Below are positions 9,157-18,711 of a stretch of 64,000 nt of DNA, piece after piece (the stretch's first letter is position 1; each line of letters opens with the position of its first letter). This DNA is from Patescibacteria group bacterium (GTDB lineage: Bacteria; Patescibacteriota; Minisyncoccia; Phycocordibacterales; JBBUBG01). A program made the translations under genes and the position numbers. Location of the stretch: positions 63,434-127,433 of the forward strand of contig JAZKIQ010000004.1 of NCBI GenBank assembly GCA_040384765.1, written 5' to 3'. The notes under the pieces were generated by a model. It was not told the origin of the DNA. It searched no databases and worked only from the letters and a program-made list of their open reading frames with translations.

Positions 9157-9699
9157 TTAGCGGCTCTCTTCGGAAGAGGTGTTGGGGTTCCTTTCGAGAT
9201 CGGCTGCCAGCTCAAGTGCGTCGATGGTTGCGCCGATCTTTTTATGAGTGAGAAGTACTGCATCCTGAGCATCTTTGATCGAGAGGCGAGCTTCTGTGAG
9301 CGCTTCTTTGAGGTTTCCAAAACCAAGCACTTCAGTGACATTCTCTTCGATGCTCTCAATTGCTGTTTTTGCACCTTCGAGTGCAGCCTTTGCTTCGATG
9401 AGTGACTGCTTTGCGTCCTCAACATTGCGGCGCTCCTCTTCAAATTTGCGTACGCGAGAATCGATGCGAACAAGAAGGTCCTCCTGCTTCTGGGATAGTA
9501 CCGAAAGGCGATCTGCGGCTTCTCGGGCATACTGGACTGTTTTTTCTTTTTGAAACTCCGAAAGCCTGCTCTTTTGGAGCACTTTTGGGGTTGTAGATGT
9601 AGCTTTCTCTACTGGCGTGTGTACTGCGTAGACTGCTCCGCTTGGGACCGCCGAGAGGAGAGAGAGAAGGGCGGCTGCGGCAAAAAACGTTGATTTCAT
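9157..9699 (-). CDS. Secreted coiled-coil hypothetical protein (180 aa)
   Basis: Signal peptide MKSTFFAAAALLSLLSAVPSGAVYA, then a heptad-rich sequence. Confidence 0.55.
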   Translation of the reverse strand: MKSTFFAAAALLSLLSAVPSGAVYAVHTPVEKATSTTPKVLQKSRLSEFQKEKTVQYAREAADRLSVLSQKQEDLLVRIDSRVRKFEEERRNVEDAKQSLIEAKAALEGAKTAIESIEENVTEVLGFGNLKEALTEARLSIKDAQDAVLLTHKKIGATIDALELAADLERNPNTSSEESR

Positions 9700-9738
9700 G
9701 GGGTAACGAGGGTGCTGCCCTCGAGGTAGATAATACCC

Positions 9739-10956
9739 TTAGGATGCTGCTTCGTCAATTGAAGCGGTGCCCTCTTCGGGGATTTCTTTTTCGGGGGTAG
9801 CTTCAGGTTTTGGTGCGGCGGTTGAGCGGATGTCGATCTTCCAGCCAGTGAGGCGGGCGGCAAGGCGCACGTTCTGGCCACCTTTGCCGATGGCGAGAGA
9901 AAACTGGTCCTCATCTACGAATACGGTTGCCTCTTTCGACTCGGATCGGAGCTCTATGCGGCTGATCTTGGCAGGGGAAAGGGCTGAGGAGATATACTCG
10001 TCGGCTTTGAGAGAGAATTCGATCACATCGATCTTCTCGCCTCCAAGCTCGCTGATCACCGTCGACACGCGTACGCCGCGCTGACCTACGCATGAGCCGA
10101 CAGGGTCGATGTTGGGGTCTTTAGAAGCGACAGCGATCTTGGTGCGGCTGCCTGGCTCGCGAGCAATGCTCTCGATCGTGACCGTACCCTCTGCAATCTC
10201 GGGTGTCTCTACTTCAAAAAGCTTTGCGACAAACTGGGGATGGGAGCGTGACATGCGCACGTTTACGCCGCGAGGAGTGTCCTCAACCGAGAAGAGGTAT
10301 GCTCGAATGCGCTCGCCTTGGCCGAAATGCTCGCCAGGGATCTGCTCTTCGCGAGGAAGAATACCGGTCGTGCGTCCGAGGTCCACAAAAAGAGTCCCGC
10401 GCTCGACGCGTTGTACCTTTCCTGAAACGATCTCTCCCTGGCGCTTGCCGTACTCACCGATCACGGCGCCTCGCTCTGCTTCGCGGATGCGCTGAATGAT
10501 CACCTGTTTTGCGGTCTGAGCTGCAATGCGACCAAAGTCATCCTTCACCTCAAGCGGGAAGATGAGCTCGTCGCCAACCTTTGCACCTTTGCGAATCTTT
10601 TGAGCGTCCGCGAGCATGATGTGGTGCTCTTCATTGAAATATACCTTCTCTGGCACGAGCGATGCTGCGCCTTCAACATGATCCGCTGCGGCAGCTGGCG
10701 CATCATCTCCTTCGGCGCCCTCCTCGAGTGGGTCTTTGAGCATTGACTCGTCGACGACGATCTTTACCTGGTCAAACTCAACTGTGCCGATGTTGGCATC
10801 GAGCTTTGCACGGATGATCTGGCCTTTCTTGCCGTAGTCTTTTTTGTAGGCAGTAGCAAGAGCCATCTCGACGGCTTCGAGAACTTTTTCTTTTGGAATA
10901 CCGCGCTCCTCTTCGAGCTGAGCGAGAGCGGAATGCATTGTTTTGAGGTCGAACAT
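9739..10956 (-). CDS. nusA: Transcription termination/antitermination factor NusA
   Basis: 405 aa with S1 and KH domains (GSRTKIAVASKDPNIDPVGSCVGQRGVRV...). Confidence 0.94.
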   Translation of the reverse strand: MFDLKTMHSALAQLEEERGIPKEKVLEAVEMALATAYKKDYGKKGQIIRAKLDANIGTVEFDQVKIVVDESMLKDPLEEGAEGDDAPAAAADHVEGAASLVPEKVYFNEEHHIMLADAQKIRKGAKVGDELIFPLEVKDDFGRIAAQTAKQVIIQRIREAERGAVIGEYGKRQGEIVSGKVQRVERGTLFVDLGRTTGILPREEQIPGEHFGQGERIRAYLFSVEDTPRGVNVRMSRSHPQFVAKLFEVETPEIAEGTVTIESIAREPGSRTKIAVASKDPNIDPVGSCVGQRGVRVSTVISELGGEKIDVIEFSLKADEYISSALSPAKISRIELRSESKEATVFVDEDQFSLAIGKGGQNVRLAARLTGWKIDIRSTAAPKPEATPEKEIPEEGTASIDEAAS

Positions 10957-11015
10957 GTTAGATAGGGATTAGTACAGAAGGGACAAGGGACCAGGTGGTC
11001 CAATACCTCTTCTTA

Positions 11016-11050
11016 AAAAAAGAAAGTCCTGGCTTGCGCCGGACGTCCTT
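11016..11050 (-). terminator. Terminator downstream of the secreted low-complexity protein gene
   Basis: Minus strand reads aaaaaggacgtccggcgcaagccaggacttt-ctttttttaag. Confidence 0.6.
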
Positions 11051-11068
11051 TTTGGATAATAGCATCAC

Positions 11069-12064
11069 TTAGTACCCCCAGTCAAATGAGTCCCAGTCGG
11101 AGCTGACGTACTCGCTTCCGTACGAAGGAGGGAGGTTCCAGCTGTCGTCCGAGGACCAGATATCCCCAGAAATGAGGCTTCCCGTGAGGGGAAGATCGTT
11201 TGCGGAGTTTGAGTACAGGTAGTCGTAGCGGGCAGAGGAGATTGCGTTGAGTGTTTCTGGGTAGTACCCGTGGTCGTTGTCTGACATGTAGCCAAAGATA
11301 TCTTCATCATCAGAGAAGAGGGTGCTTGGCGTGCTCGCTGGTACGTAGCCACTCGAGTATGAAGTAGGGGAAGCGGAGTAAAACGGAGTCGAGGCATCAT
11401 ACGTGCGACCGTAGTTTTCGAGCTCTGCTACATAGCCTGAAGTAAGCGGTGCGCCTGGGTAGTACTCGCGTGCCGGGGCAAGGCGTGATGGCGAGATATA
11501 TGAAGAGCCGTTTACACAGTAGCCACAGCTGTTGCCAAGGTTGCCGAGCGATACGGAAGCGCTCCAGACTGTTGGGTATGGGCCCGAAAGGGGAACGATA
11601 TAGTAGTCAGGGGTGTAGGTGTTGTAGGAGGTAAAGCCAGAGCGCGTCGCAAAGGCAGACTGATTGTATGAGGGTGCGCCAAAAAGAGATGCCGACCCTG
11701 GTGCAGGAGGCGGATTTGAGCCAGGTGCTGGTGGCGGGTTTGATCCTGGTGCGAATGAAGCAATAGGAAGGATGTTTGCCGTCCGGGGGAGAGGCGCCAC
11801 TACGTTTGTATTTATATGTGTAGTACCACCACCAATAAAGGCTGGTCCGTTATTAATAGGAGCAATGGGTACTGGTGTAGCCACGGGAGCGGCAGCAAAA
11901 GGGAGCGGCTTTGTGGCAAGCGCGGTGGTGTTTGTAGACGATGGGTAGTAGGGGTTGCCGGTATAAAAGGCGGCATCGGTGACTACCTGGGCATGAGCAA
12001 AGACAGGGGAGGCAAGAAGTGCACCCCCGACAACCGCTTTTGCAATATATTTGGTGAGTTCCAT
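11069..12064 (-). CDS. Secreted low-complexity P/S/Y/G-rich protein with tandem PGSNPPPA repeats
   Basis: Signal peptide MELTKYIAKAVVGGALLASPVFAHAQ; repeat PGSNPPPAPGSNPPPAPGS. Confidence 0.6.
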   Translation of the reverse strand: MELTKYIAKAVVGGALLASPVFAHAQVVTDAAFYTGNPYYPSSTNTTALATKPLPFAAAPVATPVPIAPINNGPAFIGGGTTHINTNVVAPLPRTANILPIASFAPGSNPPPAPGSNPPPAPGSASLFGAPSYNQSAFATRSGFTSYNTYTPDYYIVPLSGPYPTVWSASVSLGNLGNSCGYCVNGSSYISPSRLAPAREYYPGAPLTSGYVAELENYGRTYDASTPFYSASPTSYSSGYVPASTPSTLFSDDEDIFGYMSDNDHGYYPETLNAISSARYDYLYSNSANDLPLTGSLISGDIWSSDDSWNLPPSYGSEYVSSDWDSFDWGY

Positions 12065-12095
12065 GGCTTTAAATATGGCTTTTTCTGTAGGGTTA

Positions 12096-12123
12096 ATTAT
12101 ACACTAAAATAGGAAAAAGTCAA
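12096..12123 (-). promoter_or_regulatory. Consensus sigma70 promoter (TTGACT-16-TATAAT on minus strand) for the gene ending at 12064
   Basis: rc reads ttgactttttcctattttagtgtataat; the -35 box overlaps the left arm of a family-1 repeat. Confidence 0.65.
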
Positions 12124-12238
12124 GCCTCTTCTGGATGTGTCTTTTTGGAACACGGATATTTTTCTGGTGAAAAATTCCTCGAGCTCGCTTCGGCCAAGCT
12201 CGCTAGTTTCCAAAAAGACACATCCAGAAGAGGTCTTG
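12121..12238. repeat. Family-1 element copy 1: conserved ~75-nt core clamped by a locus-specific 17-21 bp inverted repeat
   Basis: Core TTTTTGGAACACGGATATTTTTCTGGTGAAAAATTCCTCGAGCTCGCTTCGGCCAAGCTCGCTAGTTTCCAAAAA. Arms cctcttctggatgtgtc / gacacatccagaagagg. Confidence 0.8.
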
Positions 12239-12311
12239 AGAAGGGGAGGCGGACACTCATGTGGATAAGCACACACGAAGTGAAGAGATGGTGCTGTATG
12301 ATAAAGGCATT

Positions 12312-13415
12312 ATGAGACAATCGCACACTCGTCAGTTTGTTCTTGCTGTTCTGCTTGCTGCGGTTGCGTTCTTTTTGCTCGCGCGGGGGGAGAGCCCTGC
12401 TTCAGATTCAAATATAGGTATCGTGCCCGAGATCGGGGTGCGGCTTGTGCATGCTGGCCCCGACCTTACCGGTGCGCTTTCTGGTGCTGCCTGGTCGAGC
12501 ACTATCGGCTGGGTAAGCTTCAACAGTGCCAACTCGTGGACGGGAAGTAGTGTGCCATACGTTGTGCGCTCCGATGCCGATGGGTACCTCTCGGGGCATG
12601 CGTGGAATCCAAATATTGGCTGGCTCTCATTCAACCGCGCAGATACAGGTACTCCTCCGCAGGCGGATATCAGTACGGGAGGGGTGGGTGCGATTGCACG
12701 GCTTTCAGGCAACAGACTCATAGGGTGGGCTCGCTTTCTTTCTGCGTGCACCAAAAATGCGCAAGGGAGGTGCACGGGGACAAACCCCGAAGCAGGTGGC
12801 TGGGATGGCTGGGTCTCACTGAGCGATTTTAGCGGCGCTGCAAGCTATGGCGTTGGCTTCGACGGCACGATTCTCGGTGGTGGTGCCTATGCCACAAGCG
12901 TTGCTTGGGGGAGTACCAACGTTGGCTGGCTCTCATTTAGCAAGGCTGCCGTTGGCTACGATGCTGTGAGCTTGGTGCCTGCAAACCAGGCTCCGCCCGA
13001 GGGCCTCGCGGCTCCAACAGGTCTCGTGCTTGCACCACCACGCCTCTCATTTCTCACCGATCGCCCGGAGACGAGCACCTTCGGTACACTCCACGTAGAT
13101 ATGAATCCACCGGTAACGATGACCCTTTCATATGGCGGTGTGCAGGCTCCTGCTGGGGTGACAGTGACTCAGACGATTACGCCGATCTTTAGCCAAAACC
13201 CCGTTACTGCATCCTCCAACGTCCGCATACGCTTCCGGGTGTGTGCCGCACTTCCGGCAGGGTGCAATGCAGCGAAAGGCCATGCCCTTCCCAAGAGTGG
13301 GCAGTATCTCGTGACGATCAATGGCACCTATAATGATGGTACCGGCCCTGTGACAGTACCATTTGTGGTGCCGGTCCAGGTGAATTCGCTCGTGAACAAG
13401 GTGAAAGAAAAATAG
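12312..13415 (+). CDS. Membrane-anchored surface protein with repeated IGW(V/L)SF motifs (likely start at Met18 of the track ORF)
   Basis: MRQSHTRQFVLAVLLAAVAFFLLA (TM); repeats IGWVSFNSANSW, IGWLSFNRADTG, GWVSLSDF, VGWLSFSKAAVG. Confidence 0.6.
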   Translation: MRQSHTRQFVLAVLLAAVAFFLLARGESPASDSNIGIVPEIGVRLVHAGPDLTGALSGAAWSSTIGWVSFNSANSWTGSSVPYVVRSDADGYLSGHAWNPNIGWLSFNRADTGTPPQADISTGGVGAIARLSGNRLIGWARFLSACTKNAQGRCTGTNPEAGGWDGWVSLSDFSGAASYGVGFDGTILGGGAYATSVAWGSTNVGWLSFSKAAVGYDAVSLVPANQAPPEGLAAPTGLVLAPPRLSFLTDRPETSTFGTLHVDMNPPVTMTLSYGGVQAPAGVTVTQTITPIFSQNPVTASSNVRIRFRVCAALPAGCNAAKGHALPKSGQYLVTINGTYNDGTGPVTVPFVVPVQVNSLVNKVKEK

Positions 13416-13502
13416 GGAAGGGTACCCTGGCGCTTGCCTTGTACTTATCAACACCATCCCCGAAGCATGTCGCGTATACTAAACACACAGTAACTTTCCA
13501 TT

Positions 13503-14612
13503 ATGAATATCAGTCAAGAATCACAAGGAGTATCTCTCGGAGCAAAGCTGCTCGGTGTGCTGATGGTGCTCGTTGTCGGTTTTGGTATCGCGCGCGCCGA
13601 CTGGACAGCACCTGGCTCGACTCCACCGGGATGCACCGCTGGCACGGGGCCATGTGAGGCACCGATCAACGTAAGTAGTACCAACCAAACAAAAAGTGGC
13701 GGCCTTACGGTGAACGGAAATTTCATTCCACCGCGCCTTGCGACAGCCTCTCTCCCGACGTGCAATACTGCAAACAGGGGCTCAACTGTTTTTGATACGA
13801 CGGCAGGTAAGCTGAAAAATTGTGACGGTACTGTGTGGAAAGTGCTTGCCTCAGACGACCAGATTATCCCTCCCGTCCCATTTCCTTCTGGTGCAGTTAT
13901 GTCGTTTGATATAGCAAATACGGGATCACCGAATGATTGCCCTGCGGGTTGGACGGAGTTTACTGCCGCTGAAGGCCGATCTGTGGTGGGGCTTCAGTAC
14001 GCTGGAACGCTCCGTGGTACAGCAGGCACACCTCTGACAGATAGACAGGATAGACCTACTGGCTCGCATACCCACTACCAAGCTGTTCAGGATCACCCTA
14101 TTTATGGGTATGGGCATACGCATCCTGTTGCTGCAAGCTTTAGCGGTAGCGGTACCGGTAGCACTGAATTGCCTAGACATCGGCATTGGCTGGGTACTAA
14201 TCAATACGGTGGTGACGTCGGCGCCACAAGCCAATTTCATTTTGGAGGGAATGCTAATCAGCAGGGGTATACCTATGTAGGGTTCCAGGGGAGCGGTACG
14301 AATCTCGCCCCCTGGAGCGGCTACCAGGTTGGGTACGAGGGTGGCGTCAACGATTACTACTACGGCCAAAACCCATACGTAACCATAACGGTACCGATAT
14401 CAGGTTCAGTCTCGGGAACCGCAAGTAAAGCGCATGAAAATATTCAGGTGTACAATCCTATCCAGGGTGGCTGGACCTATACATACGATGGTGCTCAGTA
14501 CGCCCATCTCTACGAAGGGGGTTACGACACCAATGCTCCTACTCAGGCGGGTGCAAATATTGCGGGTACGAATGCTCCCTACATCCAGTTGTTGATGTGT
14601 AAAAAGAGTTAA
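13503..14612 (+). CDS. Membrane-anchored G/Y-rich surface protein, possible adhesin
   Basis: N-terminal TM LLGVLMVLVVGFGIA; CPAGWTEF and NCDGTVWKVL motifs reminiscent of tail-collar/adhesin folds (weak). Confidence 0.5.
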   Translation: MNISQESQGVSLGAKLLGVLMVLVVGFGIARADWTAPGSTPPGCTAGTGPCEAPINVSSTNQTKSGGLTVNGNFIPPRLATASLPTCNTANRGSTVFDTTAGKLKNCDGTVWKVLASDDQIIPPVPFPSGAVMSFDIANTGSPNDCPAGWTEFTAAEGRSVVGLQYAGTLRGTAGTPLTDRQDRPTGSHTHYQAVQDHPIYGYGHTHPVAASFSGSGTGSTELPRHRHWLGTNQYGGDVGATSQFHFGGNANQQGYTYVGFQGSGTNLAPWSGYQVGYEGGVNDYYYGQNPYVTITVPISGSVSGTASKAHENIQVYNPIQGGWTYTYDGAQYAHLYEGGYDTNAPTQAGANIAGTNAPYIQLLMCKKS

Positions 14613-14628
14613 TTATCTTCTTAAGTCT

Positions 14629-15096
14629 ATGCCTGAAAACGAAAAGTATCCTATCAGCGTCCTCCTTGCTGCTGTCTGCTTGCTTCTGCTTGGCTACCAG
14701 AATGTACAGCTTGCCTCGATCAGGAGTCTGCTTTCCCCGGGAGGTGCAGTTTCGTCTGAAATAAATCCACCCATACTGGACCCTTTGGATGTTTCTAAGC
14801 AAGCAAAAGCAGGCACTCCTCTTCTTGGCACCGTGGTGTCAATTAAGGGTGACGAGATCGTGGCTACTGCTCAGTATCAGCAAAATGGTGAAAGTAAAAC
14901 GAAGAAGGTGACACTTGTTCTTTCTTCGGATAGTGTGCTTGGACCGGGAGGTAGAAGCGCGCTCAAGGCTGGCGCTACTTTTTCAGCTCTTACCAAAGAG
15001 TCGGTTCTCGAGTCGGACCGCCTTACTGTTATCGGGCTGGGAATCATCCCTCCTTCGCCGCTTCCACCCCCACTTCCGCCTGAAATTGCTCAATAG
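14629..15096 (+). CDS. Small membrane-anchored hypothetical protein with Pro-rich C-terminus
   Basis: TM ISVLLAAVCLLLLGY; tail PPSPLPPPLPPE. Confidence 0.45.
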   Translation: MPENEKYPISVLLAAVCLLLLGYQNVQLASIRSLLSPGGAVSSEINPPILDPLDVSKQAKAGTPLLGTVVSIKGDEIVATAQYQQNGESKTKKVTLVLSSDSVLGPGGRSALKAGATFSALTKESVLESDRLTVIGLGIIPPSPLPPPLPPEIAQ

Positions 15097-15108
15097 ATTT
15101 TAATCCCC

Positions 15109-15138
15109 AAGGCGCCGCGCAAGCGGCGCCTTTTTTGT
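15109..15138 (+). terminator. Rho-independent terminator
   Basis: aaggcgccgcgcaagcggcgcc followed by ttttttg. Confidence 0.7.
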
Positions 15139-15154
15139 TTGCTACAATAGGAGT

Positions 15155-16915
15155 GTGCAGATTGATCCTCTTAAATTTAAGGAGTTTGTTATTGACTCGG
15201 GGCTTATCTCCCGCGCGGATGTTGAAGCGGCGGAGGTGCTTTCCAAAAAAGAGCGCACAGGTCTTGGCGACCAGCTCGTGCTTTCTGGAAAGATCTCTGA
15301 GGCTGATGTGCGCCGCATGGAGGCGTACCTCCTCGGGATACCGTTTGTTGAGCTCAAAGATCAGAAGATCGATTTTGAAGTGCTCTCGCTCATCCCTGAG
15401 CCCATTGCGCGCAAGCACAACGTCGTGGCATTTCGCCGCACGCCAAAATCGGTAGAGGTGGCGATGCTCGACCCGCAGGACCTCGAGTCGATCGACTTTA
15501 TCAAAAAGAAGCTCTCGCTTCGCATTGAGCCGCGCCTGACCGATCGCGACTCGATCAAGAGTGCGTTGCTTTCATATCAGAAGAGTCTCAAGGCAGAGTT
15601 TGGTGACCTGATTCAAAAAGAGTCGAGTGGCATAAAGAGTGTCGCGGAAGGGGATGATGTGGTGGTGGAGGAGAAAGATCTCGAAGCGCTTGCCAAGGAT
15701 GTGCCGGTCGTGCGCATTGTGGACACGCTCATCAACCACGCCATTTTGCAGCGCGCCTCGGATATTCATATAGAGCCTGGGCAAAATGAGCTCGTGATAC
15801 GCTACCGCATCGACGGCATCCTTCACGATGCGATGGTGCTTCCGAAAAATACCTCGTCTGGCATCGTGGCGCGCATCAAGGTGCTCTCGAACCTTCGCCT
15901 CGACGAGAAGCGCTTGCCGCAAGATGGTCGATTTCGGGTAGAGGAGGGCGGCGATGTGCCGGCGCGCGTGTCGTTTCGTGTTTCAACGTTGCCTACTTTC
16001 TACGGCGAAAAGGTGGTGCTGCGTCTCCTCCGAGAAAATGCAAAAGGGTTCTCTCTCGAAGTGCTCGGCTTCCATGGCGAGTCGCTTGAAAAGATTCATG
16101 AGGCGTCTCATGCCACGACCGGCATCATGCTCACCACCGGCCCTACCGGCTCGGGAAAATCGACAACCCTCTACACGCTGCTCGATCTTTTGAATACGCC
16201 GGATGTAAATATCTCGACCGTGGAGGACCCTATTGAGTATCAGATGCCGCGGGTAAACCAGACACAGGTAAAGCCGGAGATTGGCCTCACTTTTGCAAAT
16301 GGTCTCCGTGCACTGCTTCGCCAAGACCCGAACATTATTATGGTGGGGGAGATCCGCGATGGGGAGACGGCGGCGCTTGCCGTGAACGCTGCCCTTACGG
16401 GGCACCTCGTGCTTTCGACGCTTCACACAAACTCTGCTGCAGGTGCGATCCCACGCTTGATCGAGATGGGCTCAGAGCCTTTTCTTATCGTATCTACGGT
16501 AAACCTGATCATTGCTCAGCGCCTTGTTCGTCGCCTTGGCCCGGGTGCAAAGAAAGCACTTCTCACTAAAACTGAGCTCGAAAATCTGGCGCGCCACGCA
16601 GACCTCGACCGTGTATTGAAAGCACTTCATGCTGAAAAGAAGGTGCGAGCTGATGACACCTGGAGCACGATTCCGTTTTGGAAGCCGGAGCCTTCGACAG
16701 ATGCACCGGACGGCTATCTCGGCCGACTGACGATTGGTGAGGTGTTCAAGATGTCCTCTGCAATCAAAGAGCTCATCATGAAGTCTGGCACGGCCGATAC
16801 TATCCACGAGCAGGCCCGCAAAGAGGGGATGCTTACTATGTTTGAGGATGGGGTGTTCCAGGCAGCCTCGGGTGTCACCTCGCTCGAAGAGGTGTTTAGA
16901 GTTGTGGGGGAATAA
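15155..16915 (+). CDS. pilB: Type IV pilus assembly ATPase PilB (GspE family)
   Basis: Walker A LTTGPTGSGKSTTLYT; Asp box; His box VLSTLHTNSAAGAIPRL; 586 aa. Confidence 0.93.
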   Translation: MQIDPLKFKEFVIDSGLISRADVEAAEVLSKKERTGLGDQLVLSGKISEADVRRMEAYLLGIPFVELKDQKIDFEVLSLIPEPIARKHNVVAFRRTPKSVEVAMLDPQDLESIDFIKKKLSLRIEPRLTDRDSIKSALLSYQKSLKAEFGDLIQKESSGIKSVAEGDDVVVEEKDLEALAKDVPVVRIVDTLINHAILQRASDIHIEPGQNELVIRYRIDGILHDAMVLPKNTSSGIVARIKVLSNLRLDEKRLPQDGRFRVEEGGDVPARVSFRVSTLPTFYGEKVVLRLLRENAKGFSLEVLGFHGESLEKIHEASHATTGIMLTTGPTGSGKSTTLYTLLDLLNTPDVNISTVEDPIEYQMPRVNQTQVKPEIGLTFANGLRALLRQDPNIIMVGEIRDGETAALAVNAALTGHLVLSTLHTNSAAGAIPRLIEMGSEPFLIVSTVNLIIAQRLVRRLGPGAKKALLTKTELENLARHADLDRVLKALHAEKKVRADDTWSTIPFWKPEPSTDAPDGYLGRLTIGEVFKMSSAIKELIMKSGTADTIHEQARKEGMLTMFEDGVFQAASGVTSLEEVFRVVGE

Positions 16916-17009
16916 CTGTTCATGAAGCATAAAACATGAATCACGAATCATTCTTCAAAAAATCCCCTCAGCATGTTCGGCATGTTTTATGTTTTATGTT
17001 TCATGTTCT
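16916..17009 (+). promoter_or_regulatory. AT-rich palindromic array of CATGTT/AACATG hexamer repeats between pilB and pilC, ending at the pilC ATG
   Basis: ttcatgaagcataaaacatgaatcacgaatcattc ... catgttcggcatgttttatgttttatgtttcatgttctATG. Confidence 0.45.
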
Positions 17010-18227
17010 ATGAAGTTCTCGTACACTGCCAAAACAAAAGCCGGAGATACCATAACCGGCATTGAAGAGGCTGCCGACAAGTTTGACCTTGCCAGGCGGC
17101 TTCGAACGGTGGGGTCTCTCGTTGTGCGGGCCGAGGAGGCAAAGGGAAATAAAGGAGTTTCACTTTCGCTCTCGTTCGGTACGCTTTTTAAGCGTGTGAA
17201 GCTCGAGGAGAAGATTTTTTTCACCACCAACCTCTCAGCCATGCTCTCTGCGGGCCTTTCGCTTGCGCGCGCTCTTGATGTGCTTACCCGGCAGACAAAA
17301 AACCCGGTGCTGCTTGCGGTCATCGAGGCTACTGCCCACGATATCGACAAGGGATCAAGTCTTTCGGAAGCGCTTGGTCGCCACCCAGAGGTGTTTCCAG
17401 AAGTGTTCACTGCCATGGTGGCGGCAGGAGAGGGCTCGGGAAAACTGCCCGACTCTCTGCGGCTGATCGGCGAGCAGCTTTCAAAGACGTACGCCCTTCG
17501 CAAAAAAATCCGCGGTGCGCTTATCTATCCGGCGATTATCGTGACCGCGATGGTCCTCGTGGGTATCCTGATGCTCACCTTTATCGTCCCAACTCTCTCT
17601 GCCACGTTTGAGGAGCTCCATATTACGCTGCCGCTCTCTACTCGCCTCATTATCGGACTTTCGCATTTTGTGGAGCGAAACGGCATATATCTTTTGCTTG
17701 CTCTTCCTTTCATCGGATACGCTTTTCTCAGAATGAGCCGAAGCGAGAAGGGAAAGCGATCGGTAGATACGTTTCTGATCCATGCACCACTCGTCTCGCC
17801 GATTGTGCGCAATATGAACGCTGCCATGACCAGCCGGACACTCTCCTCGCTTGTTTCGTCTGGTGTGGAGATCGTGCAGGCGCTCGACATTACGAAAAAA
17901 GTAATTCAAAACTCGTACTATCGAGCCGTGCTTACGAACGCCCAGAAGTCGGTCGAAAAAGGTGGCACGCTCGCCTCGGCGTTTCTCGCCGAGGCGAAGC
18001 TGTACCCAACACTGCTCGGCGAGATGATCGATGTAGGGGAGGAGACCGGAGCACTTTCAGATATGCTTTTGCGCGTGGCGGTGTTTTATGAAGGAGAGGT
18101 GGATACAGTGACCAAGGATCTTTCTACGGTGATCGAGCCTATATTGATGGTGTTTGTTGGTGCCGCAGTGCTCTTTTTTGCGATCTCGATGATTCAGCCT
18201 ATTTACAACATTAGCGCCGGCATATAG
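17010..18227 (+). CDS. pilC: Type IV pilus inner-membrane platform protein PilC (GspF family); start at MKFSYTAK
   Basis: Two GspF repeats and three TM segments. The track ORF begins 21 nt upstream, inside the repeat array. Confidence 0.9.
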   Translation: MKFSYTAKTKAGDTITGIEEAADKFDLARRLRTVGSLVVRAEEAKGNKGVSLSLSFGTLFKRVKLEEKIFFTTNLSAMLSAGLSLARALDVLTRQTKNPVLLAVIEATAHDIDKGSSLSEALGRHPEVFPEVFTAMVAAGEGSGKLPDSLRLIGEQLSKTYALRKKIRGALIYPAIIVTAMVLVGILMLTFIVPTLSATFEELHITLPLSTRLIIGLSHFVERNGIYLLLALPFIGYAFLRMSRSEKGKRSVDTFLIHAPLVSPIVRNMNAAMTSRTLSSLVSSGVEIVQALDITKKVIQNSYYRAVLTNAQKSVEKGGTLASAFLAEAKLYPTLLGEMIDVGEETGALSDMLLRVAVFYEGEVDTVTKDLSTVIEPILMVFVGAAVLFFAISMIQPIYNISAGI

Positions 18228-18230
18228 AGC

Positions 18231-18707
18231 ATGTCTAAAACCTCCAGCTTTTTCAAAAGAGGGTTCACCGCCGTTGAAATTTTGGTTGTTGTGGCAGTTC
18301 TCGGCATCATCGCGGCTATCGTGATCACCCCTTTTGGGGGCTACCGTGCAAATACGCTCCTTGATAGCACGGCATCTCAAGCCCTTGCGCTTCTCTCTGC
18401 TGCGCGCACTCGCACACTCGCTTCTCGTGGTGGCATGCGCCACGGCGTACATCTTGAGGCAGGAGCGCTCATCCTTTTTGCAGGCGATACATACCAGGCT
18501 GGTGCCGCCACAAACGAGCCGTACACCCTTGATGACGCCGTAGAGGTGGCTTCGATCACGCTTTCGGGAGGGGGGAGCGACATCCTGTTTGAGCGCCTTA
18601 CGGGGAAAACATCCAAAAGCGGTAGTTTTGTAGTTCGTCTAAAATCTGATACGACCCGCTTGCGCACCATCTCCGTAACAGCGACCGGTCTTGCCAGTGT
18701 TCAATAA
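18231..18707 (+). CDS. Prepilin-type (class III signal) pilin or pseudopilin
   Basis: N-terminus KRGFTAVEILVVVAVLGIIAAIV (GFTxxE cleavage motif). Confidence 0.8.
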   Translation: MSKTSSFFKRGFTAVEILVVVAVLGIIAAIVITPFGGYRANTLLDSTASQALALLSAARTRTLASRGGMRHGVHLEAGALILFAGDTYQAGAATNEPYTLDDAVEVASITLSGGGSDILFERLTGKTSKSGSFVVRLKSDTTRLRTISVTATGLASVQ

Positions 18708-18711
18708 TTCG

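Noticed and set aside
8976-9530. 184-aa minus ORF
   Set aside because: Out-of-frame overlap of the 180-aa secreted coiled-coil gene (9157-9699). It is basic and Ser-rich junk.
12113-12240. Family-1 elements as plain Rho-independent terminators
   Set aside because: Copy 1 lies in a divergent promoter region and copy 3 inside an operon. The conserved core between different stems argues for a specific element.
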